Positions 28,202 through 37,898 of a DNA stretch of 64,000 nt are shown here, piece by piece; the stretch's first letter is position 1; each line of letters opens with the position of its first letter. The DNA comes from Planctomycetota bacterium. GTDB taxonomy: Bacteria > Planctomycetota > PLA2 > JAEUHO01. Where the stretch lies: positions 64,001 to 128,000 of the forward strand of contig CBDCWP010000044.1 in assembly GCA_965223505.1 (NCBI GenBank), given 5' to 3'. The notes under the pieces were generated by a model. It had not been told where the DNA came from and made no database searches. It saw nothing but the letters and a program-made list of their open reading frames with translations. Made by a program: the position numbers and the translations under genes.

Positions 28202-30712
28202 ATGGCGCGTCTGATCGTCAAGTCCGGGGATGAGTCATCCACCGTCGAGCTCGACGCGGGGGAGGCCGCGCGCATCGGTCGCGACCCCGCGAACCAGGTC
28301 CCGCTCGGCGACGCCCAGGGCGTGTCGCGGCAGCACTGCCAGATCACGCCCGTTTCGAGCGGGGGGCGCACGCACTGGGAGCTGGTCGACCTCGGCGCGA
28401 CCAACAAAACGCGCGTCAACGGGAAGCCCACCGACCGCGTCGTGCTGACGACCGGCGACGTCATTCGCGTCGGCAAGGTCGAGATCACGTTCGAGGATCC
28501 GGACGAGGAAGCCGCGCTCAAGGACGCCGGGAGCAAGGGCGTCTGCTACCTCGAGTGGGTCGGCGGCGACAAGAAGGGCGACAAGATCTGGTTGGACGCG
28601 CCGCGCGTCACCTTCGGCCGGCGCGAGTCCAACACCGTCCCGCTCGACGACCGGATGAGCTCGGGGCACCACTGCGAGATCACCAAGGACCTGAACGGCT
28701 ACACGATTCGGGACCTCGGCTCGACGAACGGCACGCTGCTCAACGGCGAGCCCACGACCGAGGCCACGCTCACGCACGGCAACCGCATTCGCATCGGCAA
28801 CAGCCGCTTCGCCTTCAAGGACCCCTCGATGAAGGACATCGAGGTCGAGTTGTCGCAGTTCGAGGAGGACGGCGACTGGGGCATGATGGGGGACATCGAC
28901 CTGACGAAGGCCAAGGGCTCCTACGCCGGCCTGCTCATCGGGCTCGTCATCATGGGCGGCGCGGCGTTCGGCGGGTGGTGGATCTCGCAGCAGCCGCCGA
29001 AGAGCGAGACGGAGTCGGGTGATCGCGGAAACCTCGTGGCCGGCGGCACCTACGACAACGTCGAAGACGCCGCCGACCTGCCGTGGACGACCGACGCGGA
29101 CGAGGAGTCGGTGTCCGTCTCGGTCGACCCCAAGGCGGGCCGCAACAGCCCCGGTCTGCTCATTCGCAACCTCACCACGGAGGAGGAGGGTGGCAGGGCC
29201 ATCGACGTCCTCTACTCCGAGGAGTTCGATCTGCTCGCGCGCGAGCCGCTGCGCGTCGAAGCCGCGATTCGACGCCGGTCCGGGTCCGGCGAGGCGCAGC
29301 TGCTCGCAACGTGGCACAACGTCGCGCGCAGCCTGGCCCACACCATCGAGATCGGTCATGCAGGTCCCGGCTGGTCGGTCGTCGGCGCGGAGCTGCCGAA
29401 GCCCACCTGGGCGAGCTCGCTCAGCCTGGGCGTGCGTGTCGCGCCGGGCGTCGCGCTCGCGATGGACGACGTGCGCGTCACACGCGTGAAGGAAGGCGGG
29501 TCGCAGCTCGTTTCGCTCAACGCGCCCGGAGGCGCGAGCGCGCATGCCGACGCCACCGGCGGTCTCGACATCGTCGACAGCATCCAGGAGCCGCTCGTCG
29601 TCGGCGCGCGGCCCGTGGCGAAGCTCGCCGACGGCACGGTCCTGCACGGATTCTCGCCGTCGGGCGACCCGACGTCCGCCGGCGGCGGCGTCGAGATCAG
29701 CGGTGCGTTCGACAACGACGGCGACGACGTGCCGGCGACCATCCGCTGGTCGACGACCGAAGAGGGCGTCAAGGCGACGGTCACGTGCGCAGGCGCCGCG
29801 GCGGTCGGCGTCGCGGCGAATCTGCCGCGCGCCCAGGTCGGCGACCTGGTCAACGTGTTGACCGGCACGCGCGCGCTCACGCTCCCCGCCTCCGGCGGCG
29901 CGACGGTCGACGACGTACGCAAGACCCTGGCGGGCAGCACCGACCAGAGCGGCGGGTCCCGCTTCTCGTTGGTCACGTTCGTGCCCGACCGCAGCGCATC
30001 GCTGGCGCTGAACGACGCGCTCGACGACTCGATTCTGAACGTCGTGCACTGGGTGAAGGGCGGCGAGGGCGCGGTCGAGCTGGTGACGCACTACGACAAG
30101 CAGCGCGACGCGGCGCAGGCGGCGCTGACTGCCGGGCTCCAGCTCCTGCGGGAGCGTCCGGGCGAGGGCATCGAGCGTCTGCGCGAGATCGCGCAGGAGT
30201 TCCCGTTCGACGAGGCCGTGAAGCGCACCGCCGGCGAGAAGGCCAACGCTGCGGAGAAGCAGGCGAACGAGGACGTGGCCGCGCTGAAGCAGGCGCTCGA
30301 CGCATTCCGGATCTACGGATCCGAGGAAGCGCTGGACGACGTCTCGACCCGGCTCGCCGCGCTGCAGGCGCAGTTCCCGCCGCGCGAGGGCGGCGGCGGC
30401 ATCATCGAGAGCGAGGTGGCCGAGATCGCGGCGGCGGTCGAGAGCGAACGCGCGGACTACTACGCCCGCTTCGCCGGTCCGGAGCTGAGCCGGCTGGAAC
30501 GGTTGGCGGACCTGCTGAAGGGCATCGAGGGCTACAAGCCGATGGCCGCGATGTTCTATCGCGCGATCGTCACTCGATTCGCGCACTTGAAGGGGGACGA
30601 CACGCCGTTGGGACGGCGCGTTCTCGCCGCGCAGAAGAACTTCGACGAGCTCATGGCGAACAAGAGCGTCGCGGACGCCGTTCCGCCGGCTCCCGCGAAG
30701 AAGGGAAACTAG
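28202..30712 (+). CDS. Double-FHA bitopic membrane protein with extracytoplasmic beta-rich (CBM-like) and helical domains
   Basis: Two FHA motifs (IGR..VSRQH..NKTRVNG and FGR..SSGHH..NGTLLNG), TM LLIGLVIMGGAAFGGWWI; ATG 28202 with RBS. Confidence 0.8.
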   Translation: MARLIVKSGDESSTVELDAGEAARIGRDPANQVPLGDAQGVSRQHCQITPVSSGGRTHWELVDLGATNKTRVNGKPTDRVVLTTGDVIRVGKVEITFEDPDEEAALKDAGSKGVCYLEWVGGDKKGDKIWLDAPRVTFGRRESNTVPLDDRMSSGHHCEITKDLNGYTIRDLGSTNGTLLNGEPTTEATLTHGNRIRIGNSRFAFKDPSMKDIEVELSQFEEDGDWGMMGDIDLTKAKGSYAGLLIGLVIMGGAAFGGWWISQQPPKSETESGDRGNLVAGGTYDNVEDAADLPWTTDADEESVSVSVDPKAGRNSPGLLIRNLTTEEEGGRAIDVLYSEEFDLLAREPLRVEAAIRRRSGSGEAQLLATWHNVARSLAHTIEIGHAGPGWSVVGAELPKPTWASSLSLGVRVAPGVALAMDDVRVTRVKEGGSQLVSLNAPGGASAHADATGGLDIVDSIQEPLVVGARPVAKLADGTVLHGFSPSGDPTSAGGGVEISGAFDNDGDDVPATIRWSTTEEGVKATVTCAGAAAVGVAANLPRAQVGDLVNVLTGTRALTLPASGGATVDDVRKTLAGSTDQSGGSRFSLVTFVPDRSASLALNDALDDSILNVVHWVKGGEGAVELVTHYDKQRDAAQAALTAGLQLLRERPGEGIERLREIAQEFPFDEAVKRTAGEKANAAEKQANEDVAALKQALDAFRIYGSEEALDDVSTRLAALQAQFPPREGGGGIIESEVAEIAAAVESERADYYARFAGPELSRLERLADLLKGIEGYKPMAAMFYRAIVTRFAHLKGDDTPLGRRVLAAQKNFDELMANKSVADAVPPAPAKKGN

Positions 30713-30714
30713 AC

Positions 30715-32628
30715 ATGCCCAGTGTCGGACTCGGGGTGACGATCGGCAGCCACTCGCTGCGCGCCGTGAAGCTGCGCCGCAAGGGTGAGGGGTTCGTGGT
30801 GCAGCGCGTGTTCTCGGACCGCGTGGACGACTCGACCCGTCCGGTGGCCGGCCGTGCGCTGGCTGCCCGCGGTTTCAAGGGAACGGACGCCACGCTCGGG
30901 CTGACCGGACGCGACGTCATCATCCGCTACACGCAGGTGCCGCCCGTCCCGGACTGGCGACTGCGCAACCTGATGAAGTTCGAGGTCGAGGAGGTGAGCA
31001 GCCAGTCGGGCGGCGACGTGTCGGCCGACTACCGCAAGCTCAACCTGCCCGACCCCGAAGCCGAGCGTGACGACGACACGATTCTCGTCGCCCTGGCGCG
31101 CAACCGCCATCTCGACAAGCAGATCCGATCCCTCGACGCCGGCGGCATCAAGCTCGGCGGCGGATGTCCGAACAGCGTCGCGTTGTTCAACGCGTTCGCC
31201 GTCAATGCGACGTACACCGAGGACGAGACGGCGCTTCTGGTCAACATCGGATCGGACAACGTCGACATCGCCATTCAGGAAGGCGGCGAGCTGCTGTTCG
31301 CGCGCAACGCGACGCCCGGCGGTCTCGCGTTCACCGAGGCGGTCAAGACCGCGTTCGGGACCACGGACAGCAAGGCCGAGAAGATGAAGCGTACGAAGGG
31401 TGACGTGACGCCCAAGGGCGAGGCGCGCTACCCGGATCCGACGAGCGAGAAGGTCGCCAACGCGATGATGGGCGTGGCCGGTCAGATGTCGTCCATGATC
31501 CAGTCGACGTTGATGATCGCGAAGGCGCAGACGCGCCTGCCGGAACTGAAGATCGACCGCGTGCTGCTCTCCGGCGGCGGCGCGAGCCTCAAGGGCCTCG
31601 ACAAGTACCTGAAGCAGGCGATGGGCGTCCCGGTCGAGCGGTTCAACCCGTTCGACATCTGCGACCTGAGCCAGCTTGGCGACGACGAAGCGAAGATGAT
31701 CGAAGACGCGCCGCATGAGTTCGCGGTCGCGGTCGGTCTGGCGCAGACGTCGCTGGCGCCGGCGGCGTTCGAGCTCTCGGTGCTGCCCGCAGCGCTGAAG
31801 CGCACGCGCGACTTCCTGAAGAAGGGGATCTACTCGGTCGCCGCCGCGCTGGTCATGGCGGGTGTGCTCGTGCTCATGTACATGGGCCGCAGCGAGGCCT
31901 CGCAGAAGGCGAACGACGACCTCAGGAAGATCTCGCGCAAGCTGAAGGAAGCCGATCGCAAGGACGAGCAGCTCCGCAAGGTGCTCAAGGTCGCGCAAGA
32001 GGAAGAGGTCAAGCACCGCCTGCTCGCGCAGCGTGTCGCGCCGGGCGTCCTGCTCAGCAACGTCTTCGCGGAGCTCGAGAACAACCTCAAGGACAGCAAG
32101 GCGCAGGACATCTACATCAAGGAGATCGACCTGCGGGTGCGCGAGGAGACCAATGCGTTCCAGTACTACAAGCCGCTCCAGGAGAAGAAGAACGCGACGG
32201 GCTACAAGGCGACGACGCGCACGCGCTATCAGAAGCGCGACGCGACGGTACGGGTGCTCGGGCGCATCGGCGGCCGCAACGCGGCCCAGCTCTACCAGGA
32301 CTTCTATCAGGCGTGCCTGAACAACAAGCGCGGCCTGGTCGTGGAGGCGCCCGAGGGTCTGCGCCCGGGGCGCGGCGGACGCGCGAGCGAGTTCGAGCTG
32401 CTGTTTCGGCCCGGCCACTCGCTGCAGCTGGAGCAGGAGAGCGGTCAGCCGCTCGAGATCGTCATGCGCGATCTGAAGCTCGACGACCCCGAGGATCCGA
32501 CGAAGTTCGTCGGGCGCCGCGCGGACGGCGTCCCCATCGAGATCGAGATCGAGAAAGTGGACCGCTCACAACGCAGGCGGCTCCTGGAAGACCTCCAGAG
32601 CGCGGCGAAGCCGGCGGAAGGGAACTAG
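30715..32628 (+). CDS. pilM: PilM-like actin-fold protein fused to a TM and PilN-like coiled-coil/periplasmic region
   Basis: GVTIGSHSLRAVKL, LVNIGSD, GGLAFTEAV, AEKMKR, LLSGGGASLKGL, VPVERFNPF and FAVAVGLA, followed by LSVLP and a TM helix. Real start is ATG 30715. Confidence 0.85.
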   Translation: MPSVGLGVTIGSHSLRAVKLRRKGEGFVVQRVFSDRVDDSTRPVAGRALAARGFKGTDATLGLTGRDVIIRYTQVPPVPDWRLRNLMKFEVEEVSSQSGGDVSADYRKLNLPDPEAERDDDTILVALARNRHLDKQIRSLDAGGIKLGGGCPNSVALFNAFAVNATYTEDETALLVNIGSDNVDIAIQEGGELLFARNATPGGLAFTEAVKTAFGTTDSKAEKMKRTKGDVTPKGEARYPDPTSEKVANAMMGVAGQMSSMIQSTLMIAKAQTRLPELKIDRVLLSGGGASLKGLDKYLKQAMGVPVERFNPFDICDLSQLGDDEAKMIEDAPHEFAVAVGLAQTSLAPAAFELSVLPAALKRTRDFLKKGIYSVAAALVMAGVLVLMYMGRSEASQKANDDLRKISRKLKEADRKDEQLRKVLKVAQEEEVKHRLLAQRVAPGVLLSNVFAELENNLKDSKAQDIYIKEIDLRVREETNAFQYYKPLQEKKNATGYKATTRTRYQKRDATVRVLGRIGGRNAAQLYQDFYQACLNNKRGLVVEAPEGLRPGRGGRASEFELLFRPGHSLQLEQESGQPLEIVMRDLKLDDPEDPTKFVGRRADGVPIEIEIEKVDRSQRRRLLEDLQSAAKPAEGN

Positions 32629-32630
32629 CC

Positions 32631-33581
32631 ATGGACGAGCTCTGGCAGCGCTATCGAACGTTCTGGACGCCGGTTCTCATCGGCCTCGGCATCTTCCTGG
32701 TGGGCATCATCGCCGTGCACATCATGACGGACGACCCCGACGACGCGAAAGCGACGCTCAAGCGCGAGAAGAACAAGCTCACGAGCAAGAAGCAGCCGTC
32801 GAACAAGAAGATCAAGGATCTCAAGCTTCGCGGCGACGCGCTGAAGGATCGCGTCGCCGCCTGGTCGCAGCGACTCGATCAGACCTCCGGGGCGGAGGGC
32901 GACGTCATCTCGCTCGCCGTGGACCAGGCGCTTCGGGCCGCCATCCTGCGCGGTGCGAGTGTGGACGAGGCGCGTAGCGACGCGTCGCTCGCCGCGCGTT
33001 ACTTCGACGGCGACGATGTCGCTGCGGCGAAGGCGCGCCGGCGCTTCGAGAACATGCGCCAGGAGCGCATCGACCTGCTGCGGACCGCGGATCCCAACGT
33101 GGGCTTCAGCCGTCTACTGATCGACGTCTACAACGAGATGCGCGCCCGGGCGAACCGCCAGGACGTCGACATCAAGGCCGATCGGTTCGGGTTCGCGTCG
33201 GTCACGTCGGTCAACCGCGCGTCCCTGCCCCAGCGGCTGCTCAATCTCGCGCTGGTCGCGCGCATCGTCAGCGCCGCCATCGAGAACGGCGTCGAGTCGA
33301 TCCAGCAGATCCAGGTGGATCGCGCGGCGCCGGGCCGCCCGGACGCGTTCCTGCACGAGTGGGGCGTTCGCGTCCTGATGGTCGGCGACATGGCCGCCTG
33401 CAAGCGCGTGCTCGACCTCCTGACCGATCCGTCGGCGCCCGTGGCGATGGCCAACACGCGTCTCTCCATTCCGAAGAACACGTCGCCGCTCACCGGATTG
33501 GTCGAGCTCGACGTGAAGGCCTACAGCGTCGTGGTCAACGCCGACGCGTCGCTCAACCTCGAATCGGAGGAAGAAGAATGA
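32631..33581 (+). CDS. PilO/GspM-like bitopic membrane protein
   Basis: N-terminal TM, coiled coil and ferredoxin-like C-terminal pattern; position directly after pilM/N. Confidence 0.55.
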   Translation: MDELWQRYRTFWTPVLIGLGIFLVGIIAVHIMTDDPDDAKATLKREKNKLTSKKQPSNKKIKDLKLRGDALKDRVAAWSQRLDQTSGAEGDVISLAVDQALRAAILRGASVDEARSDASLAARYFDGDDVAAAKARRRFENMRQERIDLLRTADPNVGFSRLLIDVYNEMRARANRQDVDIKADRFGFASVTSVNRASLPQRLLNLALVARIVSAAIENGVESIQQIQVDRAAPGRPDAFLHEWGVRVLMVGDMAACKRVLDLLTDPSAPVAMANTRLSIPKNTSPLTGLVELDVKAYSVVVNADASLNLESEEEE

Positions 33582-36559
33582 TCGTCCTCGCAGGTGCGGG
33601 AAGTTTCTTTCTCTACATGTTGCTCGGCCTGGGCGCGCTCGTGTTCACGGCGATGCTCGACGGCAAGCTCGGCAAGGAGAAAGCGCTCCTCGTCTACGCC
33701 GTTCTCCTGCTCGTCTTGACCTTCGTGAACGCGCCGGAGGCGCCCGCCGTCGGGCAGCTTCGTGCGGGCGACGAGAACCAGGTGCCGGCGAAGCAGCTCG
33801 ACGCGGTCGGTGATCCCTTCAAGCGACCCGACTACGACTACGATGTCGGCCGCAACGTGTTCCGCGAGTACTCGGACACGCGTCCGCTGCCGCCGGAGCC
33901 GCTCCCGACGCCGCCGTGGATCGAGTTCGCGTTCCCGCTGCCGCCCACGATTCCCGGTCCCGCGCCGGCGCATCGCCGGGTGCTGCGCGGAGAGCTTCCG
34001 GCGCTGAGCGCCGGTGACGGCAGCACGATCGCGGCCATTCCCGAGGCCGTATTCACGGAGTACGAGCCGCAGCCCGAAGACGTCTACGACTGGATCGTGG
34101 ATGGCGGCAAGACGTACTACGTCTACATCCTCGCCATCGACCCGGGTGACGGGCGCTGGGTGGAAGAGAAGGATCCGGGCTTCGACACGCTTAAGTTCCA
34201 GCTCGCCGGCAACGCGCCCGAGAAGGCGAACATGACCGTGAAGTACGCCGTGGTCGGCACAAAGGAAAAGGCCGCCAAGAAGCTGGAGCGCACGGCCGTG
34301 CTCGCGGCGCGCAAGGAGTTCCAGTCCGAGCTCGAGGCCTCGAAGTTCGAAGAGTGGGGCCTGCGTCGCACGGTCGACAACATGTACGTCGAGGCCTTGC
34401 GCAGCTCGGGTCTGAACCTCGATCTCAAGAACGCCAGCATCTCGGCGCTTCGACGCGCGGCGGAGAAGATGGCGGCGGTCGGCAAGACCGGCAAGGAGTC
34501 GAAGGAAGGGTGGCGTCGCGCGGCGACCCTGCTCGAGAAGGCGCTCGCCGAGGCGCGCGTGGCCGCGGCGCCCGCGTTGCGAGCGGACATCCTGCTGTCG
34601 CTGCTCGAGGCCTACCGGGCGTTGAAGGACGACAAGGCGATCCTGACGGCGCTCGCGGAATACGTCCGCACGAGTCCGCGTAGTCAGGAGCCGTGGCTGT
34701 GGCTCGGCGACTTCAGTTTGGCCGAGCAAGGGTTGGCGGACGTGTCGCTGGACTACTACCTGGCGGCGCGCGAGCGCAATGCGGTGAACCCGTACGCGCA
34801 CATCGGCGAGGGCAACGCCCGCGCCTTTGCCGGCGATCACGCCGAAGCGCTCCGCGCCTATCGCAAGGCCGGCGGCTCGGCGCTCGCCAGCTTGAAGCGC
34901 GGCGAGGCGCTGCTTCGTCTGGGCGAGCTCGACAACGCGCGCAGCGAGATCGACAGCGCGCTGGCGAGTGATCCGGCCTACGCGCCGGCCATCCTCGTGC
35001 GCGGCGCGATCTACTACGCCAAGGGCGATCTCGAAACCGCACGGACGTCGTTCGAGCGGGTCGCGACCATGGACGCGGCACGCGACGAGCGGGCAATGGC
35101 CTGCTTCAACCTCGGGCTCACGTGCGTGCGCATGGGGCAGAACGATGCCGCCATCGCGGCGTTCGACGCGTGCGAGAAGGCCATGCAGCTCGGCGCCGCG
35201 CCCGGTCCCTTCCCGGACGAGACCGTGTCGCCCGCGTTGGGCCGCGCGTTCGTGGCGCTCGGGCAGGGCAACATGGGCGAGGTGCGCGCGCAGCTGGGCG
35301 TCGCGCGGCAGGAAGCGCCGCTGTCCTCGTACGTCGAGTTCCTCGCCGGCGTGCTCGGGTACGCCGAGGGAAACACGACGTCGTCGATTCGGGCATTGAC
35401 CAGCGCGCTGGCGCGCGCGAACGACTACCGTGAGCTCGACGGCTGGCTGGCGAAGACGTACCTGGACATCGCGGAGCAGCAGGTCGCGACGGGCGCCGAG
35501 CCGTCCGCGTACAACGAGACGTTCCGCAAGGCCGTGGCGTTCGCGAAGCGGGCCGCCGACAACGAGGAAGACGCGGACAAGCGCGCGACGAAGATGCGCC
35601 TGCGTCAAGCGCTCATCGAGCTGGCCGCGGCCCACGTCCCGACGAAGCAACGCTTCTCGACGGCGTTGGCGACCGCGGACTACGTCATCAAGCGCGTGCC
35701 CGGTGCGCGCGACAACCCCGCGGCGCACGCCATTCGCGGGTACTGCCACTACGGCCTCGGCGGCGACGAGAACGTGAAGCAGTGCATGCGCGACTTCCAG
35801 AAGGTGCTCGACGACGTCCCGGAAGAGGACCAGGGCTACTGGAAGAAGTGGCGTCAGTACGCCGACGCGCGACTCAAACAGGTCAAGCACTGGGACTCGC
35901 TCGAAGAGAAGACGATTCGCTTCGAGGGCACACGGTTGAGCAGCGACTGGGACTACTCCGAAAAGAACGGCGTGCGGATCCTCATCGACGAGGGCACGCT
36001 CGTCTTCAAGGACGAGTCCTCGCGCGACGGCACGTACCTCGAGCCGACGGTCTACATGTTCAATGCCAACGGCAGCGCGATGTTCAAGCGCGAGGCGTTT
36101 GAAGAGGTCACGATGATGGTGCGCGCCCCGAAGCAGATTCAGGGCGTCTCTTCCAACAACGTGACGTTCGGCGTCCAGGTCCGCAGCGGCGGTAGCGGCA
36201 GCAAGGCGCGCACGCCGGGCATCGGCATCTTCTTCGACAAGGCGAAGGTCGCCGTGCGCGTGGGCGGCGGCCAGAACGACGGACTCAAGGACGGCTTGCC
36301 GAAGCGCACGTGGGTCGGACGGGAAGCCGAGCAGGAATGGCCGAGCAACGACTGGGTCGAGGTGCGCATCGCGCGGCTGGATGCCGACAAGGGGCTGATG
36401 GCCGTCTTCTTGAACGGCGAAGAGGTGTTCCGCGACAACGTGTCGGGTTTCAAGCGAACGCGCGGCAAGGCGTCGCTGTGGATCGGCGGGTGGTCCAACC
36501 AGGCCGAGGAATTCCACATCGAGGTCAAGGACATTCGGGTGATTCGGAGGAAGGGCTGA
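33578..36559 (+). CDS. Membrane-anchored TPR protein with C-terminal LamG/concanavalin-like domain
   Basis: Two N-terminal TMs, Pro-rich linker, TPRs (RGEALLRLGELDNARSEID, FNLGLTCVRMGQ) and C-terminal WVEVRI...AVFLNG...LWIGG; ATGA overlap with the upstream gene. Confidence 0.75.
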   Translation: MIVLAGAGSFFLYMLLGLGALVFTAMLDGKLGKEKALLVYAVLLLVLTFVNAPEAPAVGQLRAGDENQVPAKQLDAVGDPFKRPDYDYDVGRNVFREYSDTRPLPPEPLPTPPWIEFAFPLPPTIPGPAPAHRRVLRGELPALSAGDGSTIAAIPEAVFTEYEPQPEDVYDWIVDGGKTYYVYILAIDPGDGRWVEEKDPGFDTLKFQLAGNAPEKANMTVKYAVVGTKEKAAKKLERTAVLAARKEFQSELEASKFEEWGLRRTVDNMYVEALRSSGLNLDLKNASISALRRAAEKMAAVGKTGKESKEGWRRAATLLEKALAEARVAAAPALRADILLSLLEAYRALKDDKAILTALAEYVRTSPRSQEPWLWLGDFSLAEQGLADVSLDYYLAARERNAVNPYAHIGEGNARAFAGDHAEALRAYRKAGGSALASLKRGEALLRLGELDNARSEIDSALASDPAYAPAILVRGAIYYAKGDLETARTSFERVATMDAARDERAMACFNLGLTCVRMGQNDAAIAAFDACEKAMQLGAAPGPFPDETVSPALGRAFVALGQGNMGEVRAQLGVARQEAPLSSYVEFLAGVLGYAEGNTTSSIRALTSALARANDYRELDGWLAKTYLDIAEQQVATGAEPSAYNETFRKAVAFAKRAADNEEDADKRATKMRLRQALIELAAAHVPTKQRFSTALATADYVIKRVPGARDNPAAHAIRGYCHYGLGGDENVKQCMRDFQKVLDDVPEEDQGYWKKWRQYADARLKQVKHWDSLEEKTIRFEGTRLSSDWDYSEKNGVRILIDEGTLVFKDESSRDGTYLEPTVYMFNANGSAMFKREAFEEVTMMVRAPKQIQGVSSNNVTFGVQVRSGGSGSKARTPGIGIFFDKAKVAVRVGGGQNDGLKDGLPKRTWVGREAEQEWPSNDWVEVRIARLDADKGLMAVFLNGEEVFRDNVSGFKRTRGKASLWIGGWSNQAEEFHIEVKDIRVIRRKG

Positions 36560-37224
36560 TGCGCAACAAGACGCACTCGCAACGCGGATTCTCGTTCATC
36601 GAGATCCTCATCGTGATGGGGATCATCGCCACGTTGGCCGGCCTCACGATCGTCGCCGTCCAGATCTTCGCCCGCGAAGGTCCCGAGATGCAGACGAAGA
36701 CGTCGCTGCAGAAGGTGCAGGCGTTGATCGACACGGTGAAGCGGCAGTTCGAGATCTACCCGCCGCTGGACATCACGCGCTGCCCGAACCTCTACATGCA
36801 GGGGCCGGACAAGATCCGACCGCCGGGGAACGATTCGAACGCCGGCATCGAGGTCGTGTACCAGTCGATCTACTGGGACGGCATGAACGTCGAAGCCGGA
36901 TTCGGCGACGCGGAGCTCGGCAACACCGACGAGGACGAGCTCGGCAAGGCCGTGATCTCGTCGGGGAACCCCGCGTTGCTCGAGATCGTGGACGCGTGGG
37001 GCAACCCGCTCGTCTACATTCCGGCGACGGAGTACGCGAAGGTCGAGTCGAACCCGGTGCACATCATCCTCGGGGACCTGGACCGCGGAGGCGAGCTCGT
37101 CGAAGCGCGACCCTGGAAGAGCGAGCATGGTGGGTACGCCCGTCCGAACTCGTTCCAGCTCTACAGCATGGGGCCGGACGGCGAACCGAACACCGAGGAC
37201 GACATCAAGGCTTGGGAAGGCTAG
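36559..37224 (+). CDS. Prepilin/pseudopilin, GspG-like
   Basis: QRG/FSFIEILIVMGIIATLAGL; DAWGNPLVY; FQLYSMGPDGEPNTEDDI. Confidence 0.9.
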   Translation: MRNKTHSQRGFSFIEILIVMGIIATLAGLTIVAVQIFAREGPEMQTKTSLQKVQALIDTVKRQFEIYPPLDITRCPNLYMQGPDKIRPPGNDSNAGIEVVYQSIYWDGMNVEAGFGDAELGNTDEDELGKAVISSGNPALLEIVDAWGNPLVYIPATEYAKVESNPVHIILGDLDRGGELVEARPWKSEHGGYARPNSFQLYSMGPDGEPNTEDDIKAWEG

Positions 37225-37898
37225 CCATCGCAGACGTACGCGCCACGATCCGACGCCGAGCGCAGCGAGGGTACTCGTTCGTCGAGGTGCTCATCGTCAT
37301 GGCGATCATCGCCGTGTTGACGACGCTTTCCATTGCGGCGTTGCGCGTCTGGCAGACGCAGCAGGCGCAGAGTGAGACGAACGAGGCGATTCGGCGGACG
37401 TCGTTCCTGATCACGGACGTCGAGCAACGGCGGGACATGATCCCGCCGATGCGGCTTCGCGACCTGGCGCGGCTGTTCCCGGACGGACCGCGCCCGATCT
37501 CGTCGGACAACGACACCAACGAAGGGATCGAGACGGTGGTGCAGGCCGGAACCGGACCGGGCGTCGCGTCCCGTGTCGATCTTGCCGACCGCATGCTCGG
37601 GAACACGGATAGGGACGTGCTTTCGCGCGTATTCAGCGCGTTGGGACACGCGACGTTGCTCGAGGTGCTGGACGCGTGGGGCAACCCGCTCGTCTACATC
37701 CCGCACATGGAGTACGGCAAGGTCGCGAAGCATCCGGTCACATACGTGCTCGAGAGCGGCGAGGAGGTGGAGGTGCGGCCGTGGCGAAGCGCCTACGGCC
37801 ACTTCGAGCATCCCCATTCGTTCCAGCTCTTCAGCATGGGCCCGGACCGTACGCCCAACACGGACGACGACATTCGGTGGGGGAGGAGCGAGTCGTGA
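37212..37898 (+). CDS. Second GspG-like prepilin (paralog of the upstream gene)
   Basis: QRG/YSFVEVLIVMAIIAVL; DAWGNPLVYIP; FQLFSMGPDRTPNTDDDI. Start uncertain (TTG 37212 or ATC 37227; no ATG nearby). Confidence 0.82.
   Translation: MGRLAIADVRATIRRRAQRGYSFVEVLIVMAIIAVLTTLSIAALRVWQTQQAQSETNEAIRRTSFLITDVEQRRDMIPPMRLRDLARLFPDGPRPISSDNDTNEGIETVVQAGTGPGVASRVDLADRMLGNTDRDVLSRVFSALGHATLLEVLDAWGNPLVYIPHMEYGKVAKHPVTYVLESGEEVEVRPWRSAYGHFEHPHSFQLFSMGPDRTPNTDDDIRWGRSES

Noticed and set aside
29083..30714. 1181-aa version of the PilM ORF
   Set aside because: The first 544 codons overlap the FHA gene out of frame and are low-complexity; the real start is ATG 30715.
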